64,000 nt of DNA from Marispirochaeta sp. (GTDB taxonomy: Bacteria > Spirochaetota > Spirochaetia > JC444 > Marispirochaetaceae), in assembly GCA_963676835.2 (NCBI GenBank), contig CAXXFF010000001.1:320001-384000 (forward strand). Direction: 5' to 3'. The notes under the pieces are model-generated. The model did no database searches and was not told the origin of the DNA. It saw only the letters and a list, made by a program, of their open reading frames with translations. Positions within the stretch are counted from its first letter, which is position 1. Every line of letters starts with the position of its first letter. Shown here in pieces: positions 40,217 through 50,898 of the stretch. Position numbers and translations under genes: made by a program.

Positions 40217-41687
40217 CCAATAATGTTAAAAGTATCTTCTGAAGAAATTTGATCTTGTTATTAGCCTTTAAACCACTTCTTTGGATGACAAGATAATCTT
40301 CAAGCAACAGAAATAAAAATAATGGAAATAACTCATCTAATGGGATTTTTTTCATGGAATCTTTTAATGCTGTTGAAATTAGTATCTGACCCGCCCCACG
40401 ATCAATCCGAAACATTTCATCTTTATTAAGTTTTTTCCAGAAAATTTCAATATCATCGGAATCTTTTGTCTTGATTCCTTTGTGGTCAGCTAACAAGGTT
40501 CTATAAAAAGACTTGATTTCCCCAGAAGGCAGAACTGCTTCTTTGGAATTTGGTTTTGATGAACTGCTCCGGTATAGGGTATTGGCTAATGTAAGACAAT
40601 CATTAAATTTTGTTCCGCCTTTGGAAGTGGTAATCATAATTTGCTCAAAAAACTCTTCAGGTAAGTCAATTGAGGATTTCTTTATGTCGAGACGAACAAG
40701 ATCATCCAAAGTTGACGGGAGATCAATCTCCACACGGCACAGAGAGAGATGAGGCTCGCTCTCACGCATCCCATTCCAACCACCTGCTTGTAATAACCGA
40801 TTATTTCTGAAAATATATAATCCTTGTCTTGTATTTGCGCCTCCCGGCAGTTTGTATTCACGGGATTGACAATTAGGAGGCCAGATATGAACTCGGGCAC
40901 GAATCTGACTATCACCAATAGAAATGATGAAATCCTTAGGATATTGATCATGACCAGAGTGTGGGTAACCAAATGGATTTAATGCATGTATACTTTCTGG
41001 TGGGTATGGTGAGCCTCTCTCTTCGATATTTGTTTCAACAAGTATTTTTATTTTATTTTGAGCAAGATGCCTATGGTATATAAGACCAAGATGTGATCGA
41101 AGTTTATTTGACATTTTTGTTACAATTTTTTCAGAAAGTTTTTCATTTAGATTTAAGCGATCTAGCCCAAGCAGTGTGACAACCGTGCCAGAGGAAGCAT
41201 TCTTCCCTGAAGATGCTTTCGTGAGCATATTCATACAGTAGTCTTGTCTAAGTTCCGCAACTTTGTTTTCAGATAAAGTAGAAACTGTAGCGCGTAATCC
41301 ATAAATTTCTCCTCCAGCTTCATGAGATACAACATCAAACATAGGTGCCTGACTGAGGCTAGCAAGTTTAAGTCCCATACCGAATTTACCGAGCTGGAGA
41401 CTGTCTTTGTCTGTATCGCTACCTATTCGCATGGCTTCCTGTAGTATGGGTTTTGCCATCCCTGAGCCATTGTCCCAAATGGATAGGTCTAAACTTCCTT
41501 TAGTATTGAGGATAAAACGTATCACAATTATATCTGCTTGGGCATCAACGGAGTTATCGATTATATCTGCTATTGCTTGGGGCATTTGATATCCGATTGA
41601 GCGAAGCGCTTGTATTACCCGAGCCATTTGAGGAGGAATATCTATCATGCAATCTTTTTTTACAGATGTTCTCACAAAGTTGCTCAC
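40191..41687 (-). CDS. GHKL/MORC-family ATPase
   Basis: ADIIDNSVDA, DNGSGM, LGKFGMGLKLAS, GTVV; QGLYIFRNNRLL (S5-like). Confidence 0.9.
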   Translation of the reverse strand: MSNFVRTSVKKDCMIDIPPQMARVIQALRSIGYQMPQAIADIIDNSVDAQADIIVIRFILNTKGSLDLSIWDNGSGMAKPILQEAMRIGSDTDKDSLQLGKFGMGLKLASLSQAPMFDVVSHEAGGEIYGLRATVSTLSENKVAELRQDYCMNMLTKASSGKNASSGTVVTLLGLDRLNLNEKLSEKIVTKMSNKLRSHLGLIYHRHLAQNKIKILVETNIEERGSPYPPESIHALNPFGYPHSGHDQYPKDFIISIGDSQIRARVHIWPPNCQSREYKLPGGANTRQGLYIFRNNRLLQAGGWNGMRESEPHLSLCRVEIDLPSTLDDLVRLDIKKSSIDLPEEFFEQIMITTSKGGTKFNDCLTLANTLYRSSSSKPNSKEAVLPSGEIKSFYRTLLADHKGIKTKDSDDIEIFWKKLNKDEMFRIDRGAGQILISTALKDSMKKIPLDELFPLFLFLLLEDYLVIQRSGLKANNKIKFLQKILLTLLDDNKSDAI

Positions 41688-42576
41688 TCATCCAAATATT
41701 TAGATATAATCATAACACTTATTTAGTTTTAACATAAAAATATCGCTGAACCAAGGATTTTTAAGATTATTGATACTCAATGATTGATAGATATTGGATT
41801 TCCTTACAACTTAAAGATTTCAGTAATGCATAAAAAGAATGTATTTTAATAAGATAAATGACATATAAAGTAAAGCCCTATAATATATATACCTTTCGCA
41901 CTACAGTCTTAATCGAAAAGAACCAAAATAACTAAAAAAAATCGTTTGTTACTACAAAATTCAAGTAAACCTTCTTCTGCTACCGTAAAATTATTTATGC
42001 AGATTTACCAGCATTATGACCAAATACCAGGATTCTTAGACAGATTTTCACAATTTCCAATTGGCACGAATCCTGCATCACATTTGATATGCGAGTTGCA
42101 GCCGGACGGGGAGAAATTACCGTTATGTTATCTATACTGATTTTTCCAGGACTGATTACCATGGGCCCTACCACTCATTATCTGTTCCTGCTTAAATCAG
42201 AAGTTTACCCCTCCACCCCTCCCTTCTTCCCCGTCCCGGCAGTAACTCTCGCAGTCCCGATAATAGTCGTGACCCCGGAAGCATATATAAAATGCAGGAA
42301 TCTCGACTTTGTCCGCGATGTCAAGGAAGAGGCAAACTCCCGAATTATGGAGAAAGTGGACACCTCTATATGGATAAGCTCCGGGGGAATATTCAGTGAA
42401 AAAGCTTTCACGGGAAAAAGAGGGTTCCGCAGGTAAGCAACCAAATTATCGCATTGATGCACGGTGTCCCGGAGGGAAATACAATGTTTACCCCTTGGAT
42501 AAACACATATTTATTTTTTTCAGAATTGAGCAAAAAAGAACGCCGTACGTTATAGTATAAGGAGAACCGGAAAACC

Positions 42577-43821
42577 ATGGGATTTTTCATTACCGTTGCA
42601 ATAACCATTATCTCCTCTGCCCTCTGGCTCAAATACCTGGACCACCTGGATTACTACAAGAAAGATAAGCGCACCGAAAAAATCCTCCGTGTAGGCCTTA
42701 TAGCCGGCATCATCAGCATAATTCCAACCTTTATCTTCTATGAAACAAACTGGCTTTTCTTCTCATGGCTGGTTACCGGACCATTCATGGACAATTTTTT
42801 CATAGTCGGCCTTTCCGAAGAAGCTGCAAAATACCTAATGCTCATTGTGGTAGTGCTTCTGTTTAAATCCGTTAAAGAACCCCAGGACGGGATTATCCAG
42901 GGCGCCGCAGTAGGTGCAGGCTTTGCATTTTTCGAGAATATTAAATACGGCATGGACTATGGTGTGGTAACAACCATTATCCGTTCGATTCTCTGCACTC
43001 CCGGACACATGATGTACACCGCCCTGGCCGGCTACTTCCTTGCCTCTGCAATCTATTCAAACCTGGAAGTACGGGATGACCGGTCGGTTCTCTATGCGAT
43101 ATTCGCCTTCATTCCCACCGCCCTAATACACGCACTGTACAACGCCTCCCTGGACTGGCAGATTATCTACAGCGATGACTTTCACAACCTTGCAGGCCTC
43201 GCCTACCTGATCGACTTTATTACCCTGTTCATTACAATCCAGGTATTCCAGTCTCTTATTGAAAAAAGCCCCTACTTTGTTCATCCCTACTCCCGCTATA
43301 AAAAAGCTATCCGCTCCATTTTGCGGGGGCTGAAACTTAATCCCGGAAGCTTTGTCCTCAACCGCCGGCTTTCTCTCTACCTGCTCGCAGCAGGGAAATA
43401 TCCGGAAGCTTTAAAACGGATCCGTTACTGCAGAAGCCGGCAGCCGAAAAGCGGAAATGTCTGGGATGTACTGGAGGGAATCGCCCTTCTCGGCTCACGG
43501 CATGATGATGAAGGAATTGCCATGCTCACTAGGGCCAGGGAGAACTTCAGCAAAGGAGAACAGTTCCGCATCGAGGTTTTTCTCCAGCGTATAATCCGCG
43601 ATTCCGGTATAAAATTGAGGGTAAAGAATATTCTCTACCCACATGTATTCACCAGAAACCGCTACTTTGCACGGCGCCTTAAATACGGGCCCAGGGATTA
43701 CTGGAAAACTGATTCGAGGATTCTGAAGGAAAGGCTGCAGAAATACCGGGAGCTGATGATGCAGCAGAAATATGCATATAGCACGGAATCTCAGCCCTCA
43801 TCATTAGCACCGCCGTCGTAA
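42577..43821 (+). CDS. PrsW-family intramembrane metalloprotease with soluble C-terminal extension
   Basis: EEAAK, GAGFAFFEN, PGH, HALYN; TPR-like tail. Confidence 0.88.
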   Translation: MGFFITVAITIISSALWLKYLDHLDYYKKDKRTEKILRVGLIAGIISIIPTFIFYETNWLFFSWLVTGPFMDNFFIVGLSEEAAKYLMLIVVVLLFKSVKEPQDGIIQGAAVGAGFAFFENIKYGMDYGVVTTIIRSILCTPGHMMYTALAGYFLASAIYSNLEVRDDRSVLYAIFAFIPTALIHALYNASLDWQIIYSDDFHNLAGLAYLIDFITLFITIQVFQSLIEKSPYFVHPYSRYKKAIRSILRGLKLNPGSFVLNRRLSLYLLAAGKYPEALKRIRYCRSRQPKSGNVWDVLEGIALLGSRHDDEGIAMLTRARENFSKGEQFRIEVFLQRIIRDSGIKLRVKNILYPHVFTRNRYFARRLKYGPRDYWKTDSRILKERLQKYRELMMQQKYAYSTESQPSSLAPPS

Positions 43822-44042
43822 AGAATCGCACCATCTTCATCATTCATAATGATCATCCGTGATTCGCACAACATATAAGGAATCTCTTGATAACTTGTGC
43901 GATAATACCAGCATTTATAATTCTGTATAGGGAAATTTAAATAGGGATTGGCATTATCTGGCATACTGGAGGTAAGATTTTCTACAGCAACCGAAGATTT
44001 GAGATATTCACCTATTCTCTTAGATGCTTCATTCTTATCCAT
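43791..44042 (-). CDS. Small hypothetical protein
   Basis: AT-rich ~83-aa ORF whose stop overlaps the PrsW 3' end. Confidence 0.55.
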   Translation of the reverse strand: MDKNEASKRIGEYLKSSVAVENLTSSMPDNANPYLNFPIQNYKCWYYRTSYQEIPYMLCESRMIIMNDEDGAILYDGGANDEG

Positions 44043-44109
44043 ATAAGAGCCCACAAACTCCAGCTATAAAAGCTACCTGCAATCATCAGGCTTACAAATG
44101 GGTCTTTTT

Positions 44110-45009
44110 TCAAAAAATATTACTGAAGTAAAATAAGTACACTGTAAAAAATAATGTACCAGCAACTGTGATAAATTTGAGAAATTTATCGAAATCAATA
44201 ATATAAAACAGAACCGAGAAGGTAATAAAAAAGAGTTCATTTCCACCAATTTCTGGAACAGGCAAAGTGTAGCCCTTGTAAAACGCAAATGAAAAGAAAA
44301 GATATGCCACGAGATTCGAGTAGAATGATTTTTTGTTGGAGAGGAAAATACTTACTATCTTAAATAACAATGCTGCTATTGTGAAAGAAACTGTGTTATT
44401 CGCGATAACAGGAGAAAAAGGAAACAACTTTTCCCCCAGCATTAGAGCTACTATAACTATTGCTGCAACATTCAGAACCAAACTCAGAGGATTTGCATGC
44501 TTCTTACTTAACCCTCTCCGTGTTTTTTTGTACTTAATAAGATTCTGCTGATCATTGTACGCGAAGCTATTGGCATAATTTGAAAGATAATCGATAAAAA
44601 TGATCTTCAACGTCTCTGTGTTTGTAATATTCTGGAAATAGAGATGTATCTGCGAAACCTCATCGATTAGTGTAATAATATTGTATGCGCCGTACTTGTC
44701 AATAAACAGCGAGCATCGTCCTATCTCTTTTATATCAATCTCATTCGGTCCGGTTTCTTCCAATTTGGTTGATGCAGTTGTTTTGTTTACAATGTGTTTT
44801 TTAACAGTACTCTTTCTGGTATTCCAGAGCAGCCGCTTATTGGTAAGGACATAGATGCGTTCACGGTTTCTGAACAAAGAATCGTCGACTAAAAGCAGTA
44901 TTCTCTCATCTTCTGCCAACTCAAATCTTGGAATGGCTTTCTTAACAATCTCGATATCGACATGTACGATGAATCTTTCGTTCTTCAAGAAACTGAAACC
45001 ATTCAGCAT
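44110..45009 (-). CDS. Hypothetical membrane protein
   Basis: GGAG SD; soluble N-half (YVLTNKRLLW, PH-like) and several C-terminal TM helices. Confidence 0.7.
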   Translation of the reverse strand: MLNGFSFLKNERFIVHVDIEIVKKAIPRFELAEDERILLLVDDSLFRNRERIYVLTNKRLLWNTRKSTVKKHIVNKTTASTKLEETGPNEIDIKEIGRCSLFIDKYGAYNIITLIDEVSQIHLYFQNITNTETLKIIFIDYLSNYANSFAYNDQQNLIKYKKTRRGLSKKHANPLSLVLNVAAIVIVALMLGEKLFPFSPVIANNTVSFTIAALLFKIVSIFLSNKKSFYSNLVAYLFFSFAFYKGYTLPVPEIGGNELFFITFSVLFYIIDFDKFLKFITVAGTLFFTVYLFYFSNIF

Positions 45010-45682
45010 TTTCTTTCTCCATAATTATTAGAAATTAGATACTCATTTTTAACCAGTAGACCCACTTTCACAGAAACAACTTACAATTTAAGGCTGCATC
45101 GGTGTTGTTTACCATGACTTTAAAACGAAAGCAGAATCAGTTCTTCCCTGCTATCAATAAAATTATACATTGAGCATTCAGACACCGCAACTTTATAAAT
45201 GCCTATTTCCCTGGAGAACCCACGTGCGAATTTCACTTTCGCATATAGATAATTGATTCTAATCTAATGATATCCAAAACCGCATAGGTTACAAGTATTT
45301 CCCGTTTCAATTTTCACTTAACGGAAGATCTACCTGCCCTCCTGATACACCGGATTCAATCACATAAAAGAACTGAACAGTAAATTTCCCGGTACCAGCA
45401 GATTTTCAGTATCTCTCTAACCCTACCATTTCCAGAGAGACCGCCCTCACCAGCTCCACGAAATAAAGAAAACTAAAAAATTTACCTGGCCATACAGGTA
45501 AACCTTCAGACTCGATTAAACGAATCCATGAAAGGAACAGTGTAATTCCATGCAGTCTATGTGATAAAATTTTTCCTTTTTCAGAAATTATTTCATATCG
45601 CTTTTCTCTCTTGTACAGAAAAGGTGTTTCCATTTCTTCATTGCGCTATTTATTAATCAGGTGTATTGTAAAATAGTGCATC

Positions 45683-45698
45683 ATCAAAACGTTTTGAT
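45683..45698. promoter_or_regulatory. LacI-family operator 1
   Basis: Perfect palindrome ATCAAAACGTTTTGAT upstream of the Gfo/Idh/MocA gene. Confidence 0.8.
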
Positions 45699-45712
45699 TA
45701 CCTGGAGGAACC

Positions 45713-46741
45713 ATGAAGGGTATAGGAATAATCGGGACAGGAGTAATTGCAGATTTCCACGCTGGAGCAATTGAAGGGTTGGAGGAAGCAGTACTTACCG
45801 CTGTATATGACAGTGCACCAGCCCGGGCGGAAAAATTCGCAGAAAAATGGCATACCAGGGCATGTACGGACCTGCAGGACTTTCTGGCAATTCCGGAAAT
45901 GGATATAGTCGCGGTATGTACTCCTTCAGGAGCCCACCGGGATCCGTCCATATCTGCAGCTGCTGCGGGAAAACATCTTCTGGTAGAGAAACCCATGGAG
46001 GTTACAAGTGCACGGGCACGAGACATTTCAGAAGCCTGCCGGAACGGAAATGTCCGTTTGGCATCTGTTTTTCAGACCCGCTTTCATCCCGTTGTCAGGC
46101 TGCTGAAACAGGCGGTGGCAGAAAAGTGGTTCGGCAGAATCTCCCTGGTTACGGCAGAAGTTAAATGGTACCGCTCTCAGGAATATTATGACAGCAGTCC
46201 CTGGCGCGGAACCTGGTCACTGGACGGCGGGGGTGCTCTGATGAACCAGTCCATTCATGTTATTGATCTGCTGCTTTGGCTGTTCGGTGATCCCGGATAT
46301 ATAGCAGCCCGGGCGGACACCCTATGTCATACCGGGATAGAGGTGGAAGATACCCTGGTTGCTTCAATGGTGTTCCCGGATGGTCCCCTGGGAACCCTGG
46401 CTTTGACAACCGGAGCATGGCCCGGGAGCTTCAAGACTCTGGAAATCTGCGGAGAGCTGGGTCATATCAGGCTTGAAGAAAACCGGATGGCCAGATGGGA
46501 TTTCCATAAAAGCAGCCCTGCGGCAGCCGTCGATCTGACAGCATACACCGAGGGCTCCGATGATGTTTCCGACCCGCTGAACATCGGCTATGCCGCTCAC
46601 CGGGCACAGTACCTCGACCTGCTGCATTCCATCGAAAGCGGAGAAAAACCGGAGGTCGGTGCGGAAGAAGCTATAGCTGCTGTAATTCTTGTGGAGCGAA
46701 TCTATGCATCAGCGGGTATCGGCCCCCGATCGCCGGGTTGA
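45713..46741 (+). CDS. Gfo/Idh/MocA oxidoreductase
   Basis: GTGVIA, VEKP, GGGALMNQSIHVIDL. Confidence 0.95.
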   Translation: MKGIGIIGTGVIADFHAGAIEGLEEAVLTAVYDSAPARAEKFAEKWHTRACTDLQDFLAIPEMDIVAVCTPSGAHRDPSISAAAAGKHLLVEKPMEVTSARARDISEACRNGNVRLASVFQTRFHPVVRLLKQAVAEKWFGRISLVTAEVKWYRSQEYYDSSPWRGTWSLDGGGALMNQSIHVIDLLLWLFGDPGYIAARADTLCHTGIEVEDTLVASMVFPDGPLGTLALTTGAWPGSFKTLEICGELGHIRLEENRMARWDFHKSSPAAAVDLTAYTEGSDDVSDPLNIGYAAHRAQYLDLLHSIESGEKPEVGAEEAIAAVILVERIYASAGIGPRSPG

Positions 46742-47719
46742 ATCCCGTTCTATAAGCCTGCTGGAAAGAACTGTCTGAATAGGAATCTCCTGCCCCCCGA
46801 GTATCCGGTCCTGGAGATAGCGGGCGGCCATTTTTCCCATATCATACAGAGGCTGATCGAAGCTGGTTACAGGAGTGGGCCAGAAGGCGGAAAAATCCCG
46901 GTTGTCAAACCCGACGACACCGATGTCATCCGGAACCCCCATTCCCCGTTCTTCAGCTGCATGAATAGCACCAACTGCAATATAGTCGTTGGCGCAGAAA
47001 ACCGAATCCACATTACCCGACGATTTCAGAAGCTCTTCCATCCCTTTTACACCGCCCTGAAAATCAAAGGGCACATTGATGATTTTTTTCTGAGCTATGG
47101 TCAGCCCGAAATTATCAGCTCCGTCGAGAAACCCCTTCTGACGGTCGTTACTGGCAATACGGTCGGCAGGTCCCATTATAAGTCCGGCACGGGAAAAACC
47201 CTTTCGAGCCAGGTGCTCTGCGGCTTCCCACCCCCCCCGGTAATTGTCCAGAATAATTCGCGGCAGATGGGGGCCGTAATCAAAGTTGACCGTTAAAAGC
47301 GGAAACTCCGGCGGGGAAAACTCCAGGCTGCGGTGATCCTGGGTGACACTCTGGGAAATTATGGCACCGTCCAGTTTGCGGGAATTGAGGAACGCCATGG
47401 TATCCCCGAGATTCGTTTTAAATTCGGTACCGGATACAAACAGCAGATGAAAACCGTAGGGGACGAAAACCGACTCCACTCCCTGGATAATTCTGTTTGA
47501 AAAGTATTCCGTTATGTCTGCTGCGACAAAACCGATAATGCCGGTGTGACCGCTTTTCATGGCCCGGGCGTTTGCATTGGGGATATAATTCAGTTCTTCA
47601 ATTGCCTGGAGCACCCGGTTTCTGGTTGGTTCACTGATGGGGCGTTTTCCATTCAGCACATGGCTGACCGTTGACGGTGACACCCCTGCAAGCTTTGCTA
47701 CGTCGGTAATCTTAACCAT
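46709..47719 (-). CDS. LacI-family transcriptional regulator
   Basis: ITDVAKLAGVSPSTVSHVLN, YIPNANARAM, VVGFDN. Confidence 0.96.
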   Translation of the reverse strand: MVKITDVAKLAGVSPSTVSHVLNGKRPISEPTRNRVLQAIEELNYIPNANARAMKSGHTGIIGFVAADITEYFSNRIIQGVESVFVPYGFHLLFVSGTEFKTNLGDTMAFLNSRKLDGAIISQSVTQDHRSLEFSPPEFPLLTVNFDYGPHLPRIILDNYRGGWEAAEHLARKGFSRAGLIMGPADRIASNDRQKGFLDGADNFGLTIAQKKIINVPFDFQGGVKGMEELLKSSGNVDSVFCANDYIAVGAIHAAEERGMGVPDDIGVVGFDNRDFSAFWPTPVTSFDQPLYDMGKMAARYLQDRILGGQEIPIQTVLSSRLIERDSTRRSGADTR

Positions 47720-47760
47720 TTCCTAACTATACTTCCACTTTGAGAATGGAGCAACAGTTT

Positions 47761-47836
47761 ATCAAAACGTTTTGATATTTTTTCTTGACAGCTGCATATG
47801 CCGGGCGTATCATGAATTTTGTCAAATCGTTTTGAC
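47761..47836. promoter_or_regulatory. Two LacI operators flanking the ABC-operon promoter
   Basis: ATCAAAACGTTTTGAT (47761-47776), TTGACA-N17-TATCAT (47785-47813), GTCAAATCGTTTTGAC (47821-47836). Confidence 0.82.
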
Positions 47837-47861
47837 AAAATAACCACAGGAGGAGTTTTGT

Positions 47862-49115
47862 ATGAAAAAGTTACTCGTGCTTCTAATCACCCTGCTTTTA
47901 CTTACAGGAATAGTCTGGGCGGCTGGTCAGAAGGAGTCCGCAGCAGAGGATGTCACACTGACAGTATTGTGGTTCAACGACGCCAATGAATCGGAAGTTT
48001 TCATGAACACCATTCAGGATTATCTGGATGCTCATCCGAACGTAAGCATCGACCTGCAGCTTGTGCCCTTTGGAGATTATGAAAAACGTCTCAAGCTGAT
48101 GATCGCCGGCGGCACCCCCCCGGATCTTGCCCGTATCACCAATAATCACGTTGCGATGTTCGCAGATGAGCTCCTCCCGCTTGACAGCAATGTAAAGAAC
48201 TTCGATTCGGTGATCAGCGGATTCAGCCCGGCATCCCTTGCATTCGCCACCCACTCCAACGGGACAACCGTGGCCCTTCCCACCGAGTCCACCGCAAACG
48301 GCATGATAGTCAATGTTGATATGTTCAAGAAAGCCGGCATTGATATCAAACAGCTCTCTAAAACCTGGACCTGGGACAACTGGTATGATGCTCTCAAGAA
48401 GGTTGTTGCTGCAAATTCCGGTGTTGACTATGGACTTGCCTATGACTTCAGCCCCCACCGCTGGTCCACCCTGCTCTATGAAGCCGGCGGACGGTTTCTC
48501 AACGACAGTGAAACCGCAATGAACTTTAATACTCCGGAAGCCATCGATGCTCTTAAGTTCTTCAAGAAACTTCACGACGACAAACTTATCGTTCCCTCAG
48601 TATGGATGGGGTCCGAAAATCCCCAGGAACTGTTTCAGTCCGGACTGGCTGCAAGCCATATCGGCGGATCCTGGGTCATCAATGCCTATGCAACCCAGAT
48701 CACCAATTTTGAATGGGCGGCAGTCCAGATGCCCAAACGCAAGATCCGCAGCTCAGTTGCCGGCGGTAAATTCGTAGGTGTTTTTAAAGGTGCGGAAAAC
48801 GAAGCAGCAGCACTGGACCTGATGCTTGCCTTTTCCGATGCAAAGCATAATGCAATGTACTGCGGCAACACCTTCAACCTGTCGGCCCGTACCGATGTAA
48901 ATATCAAATATGCATCCCGATCTGAAGACTTCAACGCAATGGCTGCCGATCTTTCAGTCACCCCGGCTGTTACCGCCGAGGACTGGAAAAGCCCCGAACT
49001 GAATAAAATCTATTCCTACATCCGTGAACAGATTGTAGAGGGCCTGCTGGGCAACATAACAATGGAACAGGCTGCAGAAAATATTCAGAACGAAGGAAAC
49101 AAGTTCTTCAAGTAA
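47862..49115 (+). CDS. Carbohydrate ABC transporter substrate-binding protein
   Basis: Spirochete-type WAAGQKE signal, AGGTPPDL, TWTWD. Confidence 0.93.
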   Translation: MKKLLVLLITLLLLTGIVWAAGQKESAAEDVTLTVLWFNDANESEVFMNTIQDYLDAHPNVSIDLQLVPFGDYEKRLKLMIAGGTPPDLARITNNHVAMFADELLPLDSNVKNFDSVISGFSPASLAFATHSNGTTVALPTESTANGMIVNVDMFKKAGIDIKQLSKTWTWDNWYDALKKVVAANSGVDYGLAYDFSPHRWSTLLYEAGGRFLNDSETAMNFNTPEAIDALKFFKKLHDDKLIVPSVWMGSENPQELFQSGLAASHIGGSWVINAYATQITNFEWAAVQMPKRKIRSSVAGGKFVGVFKGAENEAAALDLMLAFSDAKHNAMYCGNTFNLSARTDVNIKYASRSEDFNAMAADLSVTPAVTAEDWKSPELNKIYSYIREQIVEGLLGNITMEQAAENIQNEGNKFFK

Positions 49116-49127
49116 ATCATCTTTACC

Positions 49128-49162
49128 GCGGCGCCCGCATTGACAGAGGGCGCCGCATTTTT
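49128..49162 (+). terminator. Stem-loop after SBP gene (partial terminator or mRNA stabiliser)
   Basis: GCGGCGCCC...GGGCGCCGC followed by ATTTTT. Confidence 0.7.
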
Positions 49163-49199
49163 GACGTAAATTGCAGCATATTGCTTCCGGGGAGATTAC

Positions 49200-50087
49200 A
49201 TGGCCAGAAAACTTAAAAGCTCATTTAATCAAACCGCCGCTCCGCTTCTGTTTTTACTGCCGAATATGATAATTTTCGGCCTGTTTATTATTGTTCCCGC
49301 GGTTGCCGGTTTAAGACTCTCTTTTTATCAGTACGAGATTCTGGGTGATAAATTATTTATCGGATTTGCCAACTATATAGAAGTTATTCAGGACGCAATG
49401 TTCTGGAAAACCTTCTGGAATACCCTCAGATATGTACTCTTTGTAGTTCCTCTTCTCACGGTCTCTGCCCTCGGGATGGCTTTGATTACCTCGGATACAA
49501 TTAAAGGAGTTGCATTCTTCCGCGGTCTTTTCTACCTGCCTACAATGCTGAGTCTCATTATTGTAGGTATTATCTGGCGGTGGATACTCGGGGATCAGAT
49601 GGGGGTTCTGAATTTTGTACTGCGCCTCCTCGGAGGAAATCCTGTAGCATGGCTCACAACACCCCTTACGGCAAACATATCGCTTATTTTCATAACCATA
49701 TGGACCATGACCGGGTTCTACATGGTTATGTTCATCGGAGGACTCCAGGCAATTCCCCAGGAGCTGTTTGCCGCCGCAGAAATAGATGGTGCCAACCGCT
49801 GGCAGCTCTTCTGGCATATCAAACTGCCGCTGATACGCCCGACCATGCTGGTAGTGGTTGTGCTGGCAACCATTAACTCCTTTAAAGCCTTTGAACTTAT
49901 TTATACCCTGACAAAGGGCGGTCCCGGAACATCAACCAAACTGCTGGTACAGAACATTTACCAGGTTGCATTTGAGCAGGACCGGCTGGGATATGCGTCA
50001 GCCATGGCGGTAATGCTTATGATAACCATTGGAATCCTCACCTTTTTCCAGTTCCGGATGAACAGGGAGGAATTTTCAAATGAATAG
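49200..50087 (+). CDS. Carbohydrate ABC permease
   Basis: AAEIDGAN EAA loop, TKGGPG. Confidence 0.95.
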   Translation: MARKLKSSFNQTAAPLLFLLPNMIIFGLFIIVPAVAGLRLSFYQYEILGDKLFIGFANYIEVIQDAMFWKTFWNTLRYVLFVVPLLTVSALGMALITSDTIKGVAFFRGLFYLPTMLSLIIVGIIWRWILGDQMGVLNFVLRLLGGNPVAWLTTPLTANISLIFITIWTMTGFYMVMFIGGLQAIPQELFAAAEIDGANRWQLFWHIKLPLIRPTMLVVVVLATINSFKAFELIYTLTKGGPGTSTKLLVQNIYQVAFEQDRLGYASAMAVMLMITIGILTFFQFRMNREEFSNE

Positions 50088-50898
50088 AAGACAACTTACT
50101 TCCCGTTATGCACTGTACCTGGTATTTGCCTTTATTTTCTTTTTTCCGGTCCTCTGGATTCTTTTAAGCTCTCTGAAAAGCCAGAGTGAACTGTTTACCT
50201 ACCCCCTTACCTTTCTTCCCGATAAAGTGACTTTTGAAAACTATGCAACTGCATTTAAAAGCGGCAGGTTTGTCAGCTACTTTCTTAACAGCACCTTCAC
50301 CGCTGTGGTTGCAACAGCGATTACCGTGCTGATTAATATTATGGCCGGATATGCCCTGAGCAAATACGTATTCCGCGGCAGGGACCTCATCTTCTTTGTC
50401 ATGATAGCCACCCTGATGATTCCCCTTCAGGTGGTGATGGTGCCGATTTTTCTCCTGGAAAAGAATCTCGGCCTTCTGAATACCCTCTGGGGTATCATCA
50501 TACCTCCTGCAGCAACTCCCACGGGGATATTTCTCGCGAGACAGTACATGATGACCATACCCGATTCTCTTATAGAATCAGCCAGGATTGACGGCGCAGG
50601 GGAAGCAACAATTTTTCTCCGCATTATCCTGCCTCTATCAAAGCCGATAATCGCTACTATTGCCATCTTTTCGTTTATGTGGCGGTGGAATGATTTTCTC
50701 TGGCCCTTCATCGTCATAAGCAGGCAGAAGAAATATACCCTTCAGCTGGCTTTATCCAATTTCGTCGGGCAGTACGATGTTGACTGGTCAAGTCTGCTGT
50801 CCATGACAGTGATCGCAATTCTTCCCATGATTATAGTGTTCCTGGTTTTCCAGAAATACTTCATCAAGGGACTGACCTCGGGAGGAGTTAAAGGCTGA
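50080..50898 (+). CDS. Carbohydrate ABC permease
   Basis: ESARIDGA, WNDFLWP. Confidence 0.95.
   Translation: MNRRQLTSRYALYLVFAFIFFFPVLWILLSSLKSQSELFTYPLTFLPDKVTFENYATAFKSGRFVSYFLNSTFTAVVATAITVLINIMAGYALSKYVFRGRDLIFFVMIATLMIPLQVVMVPIFLLEKNLGLLNTLWGIIIPPAATPTGIFLARQYMMTIPDSLIESARIDGAGEATIFLRIILPLSKPIIATIAIFSFMWRWNDFLWPFIVISRQKKYTLQLALSNFVGQYDVDWSSLLSMTVIAILPMIIVFLVFQKYFIKGLTSGGVKG

Noticed and set aside
41946..42632. Several short overlapping ORFs, one frame containing CPRCQGRG
   Set aside because: No consistent SD or family match; cannot be told from a remnant or chance.
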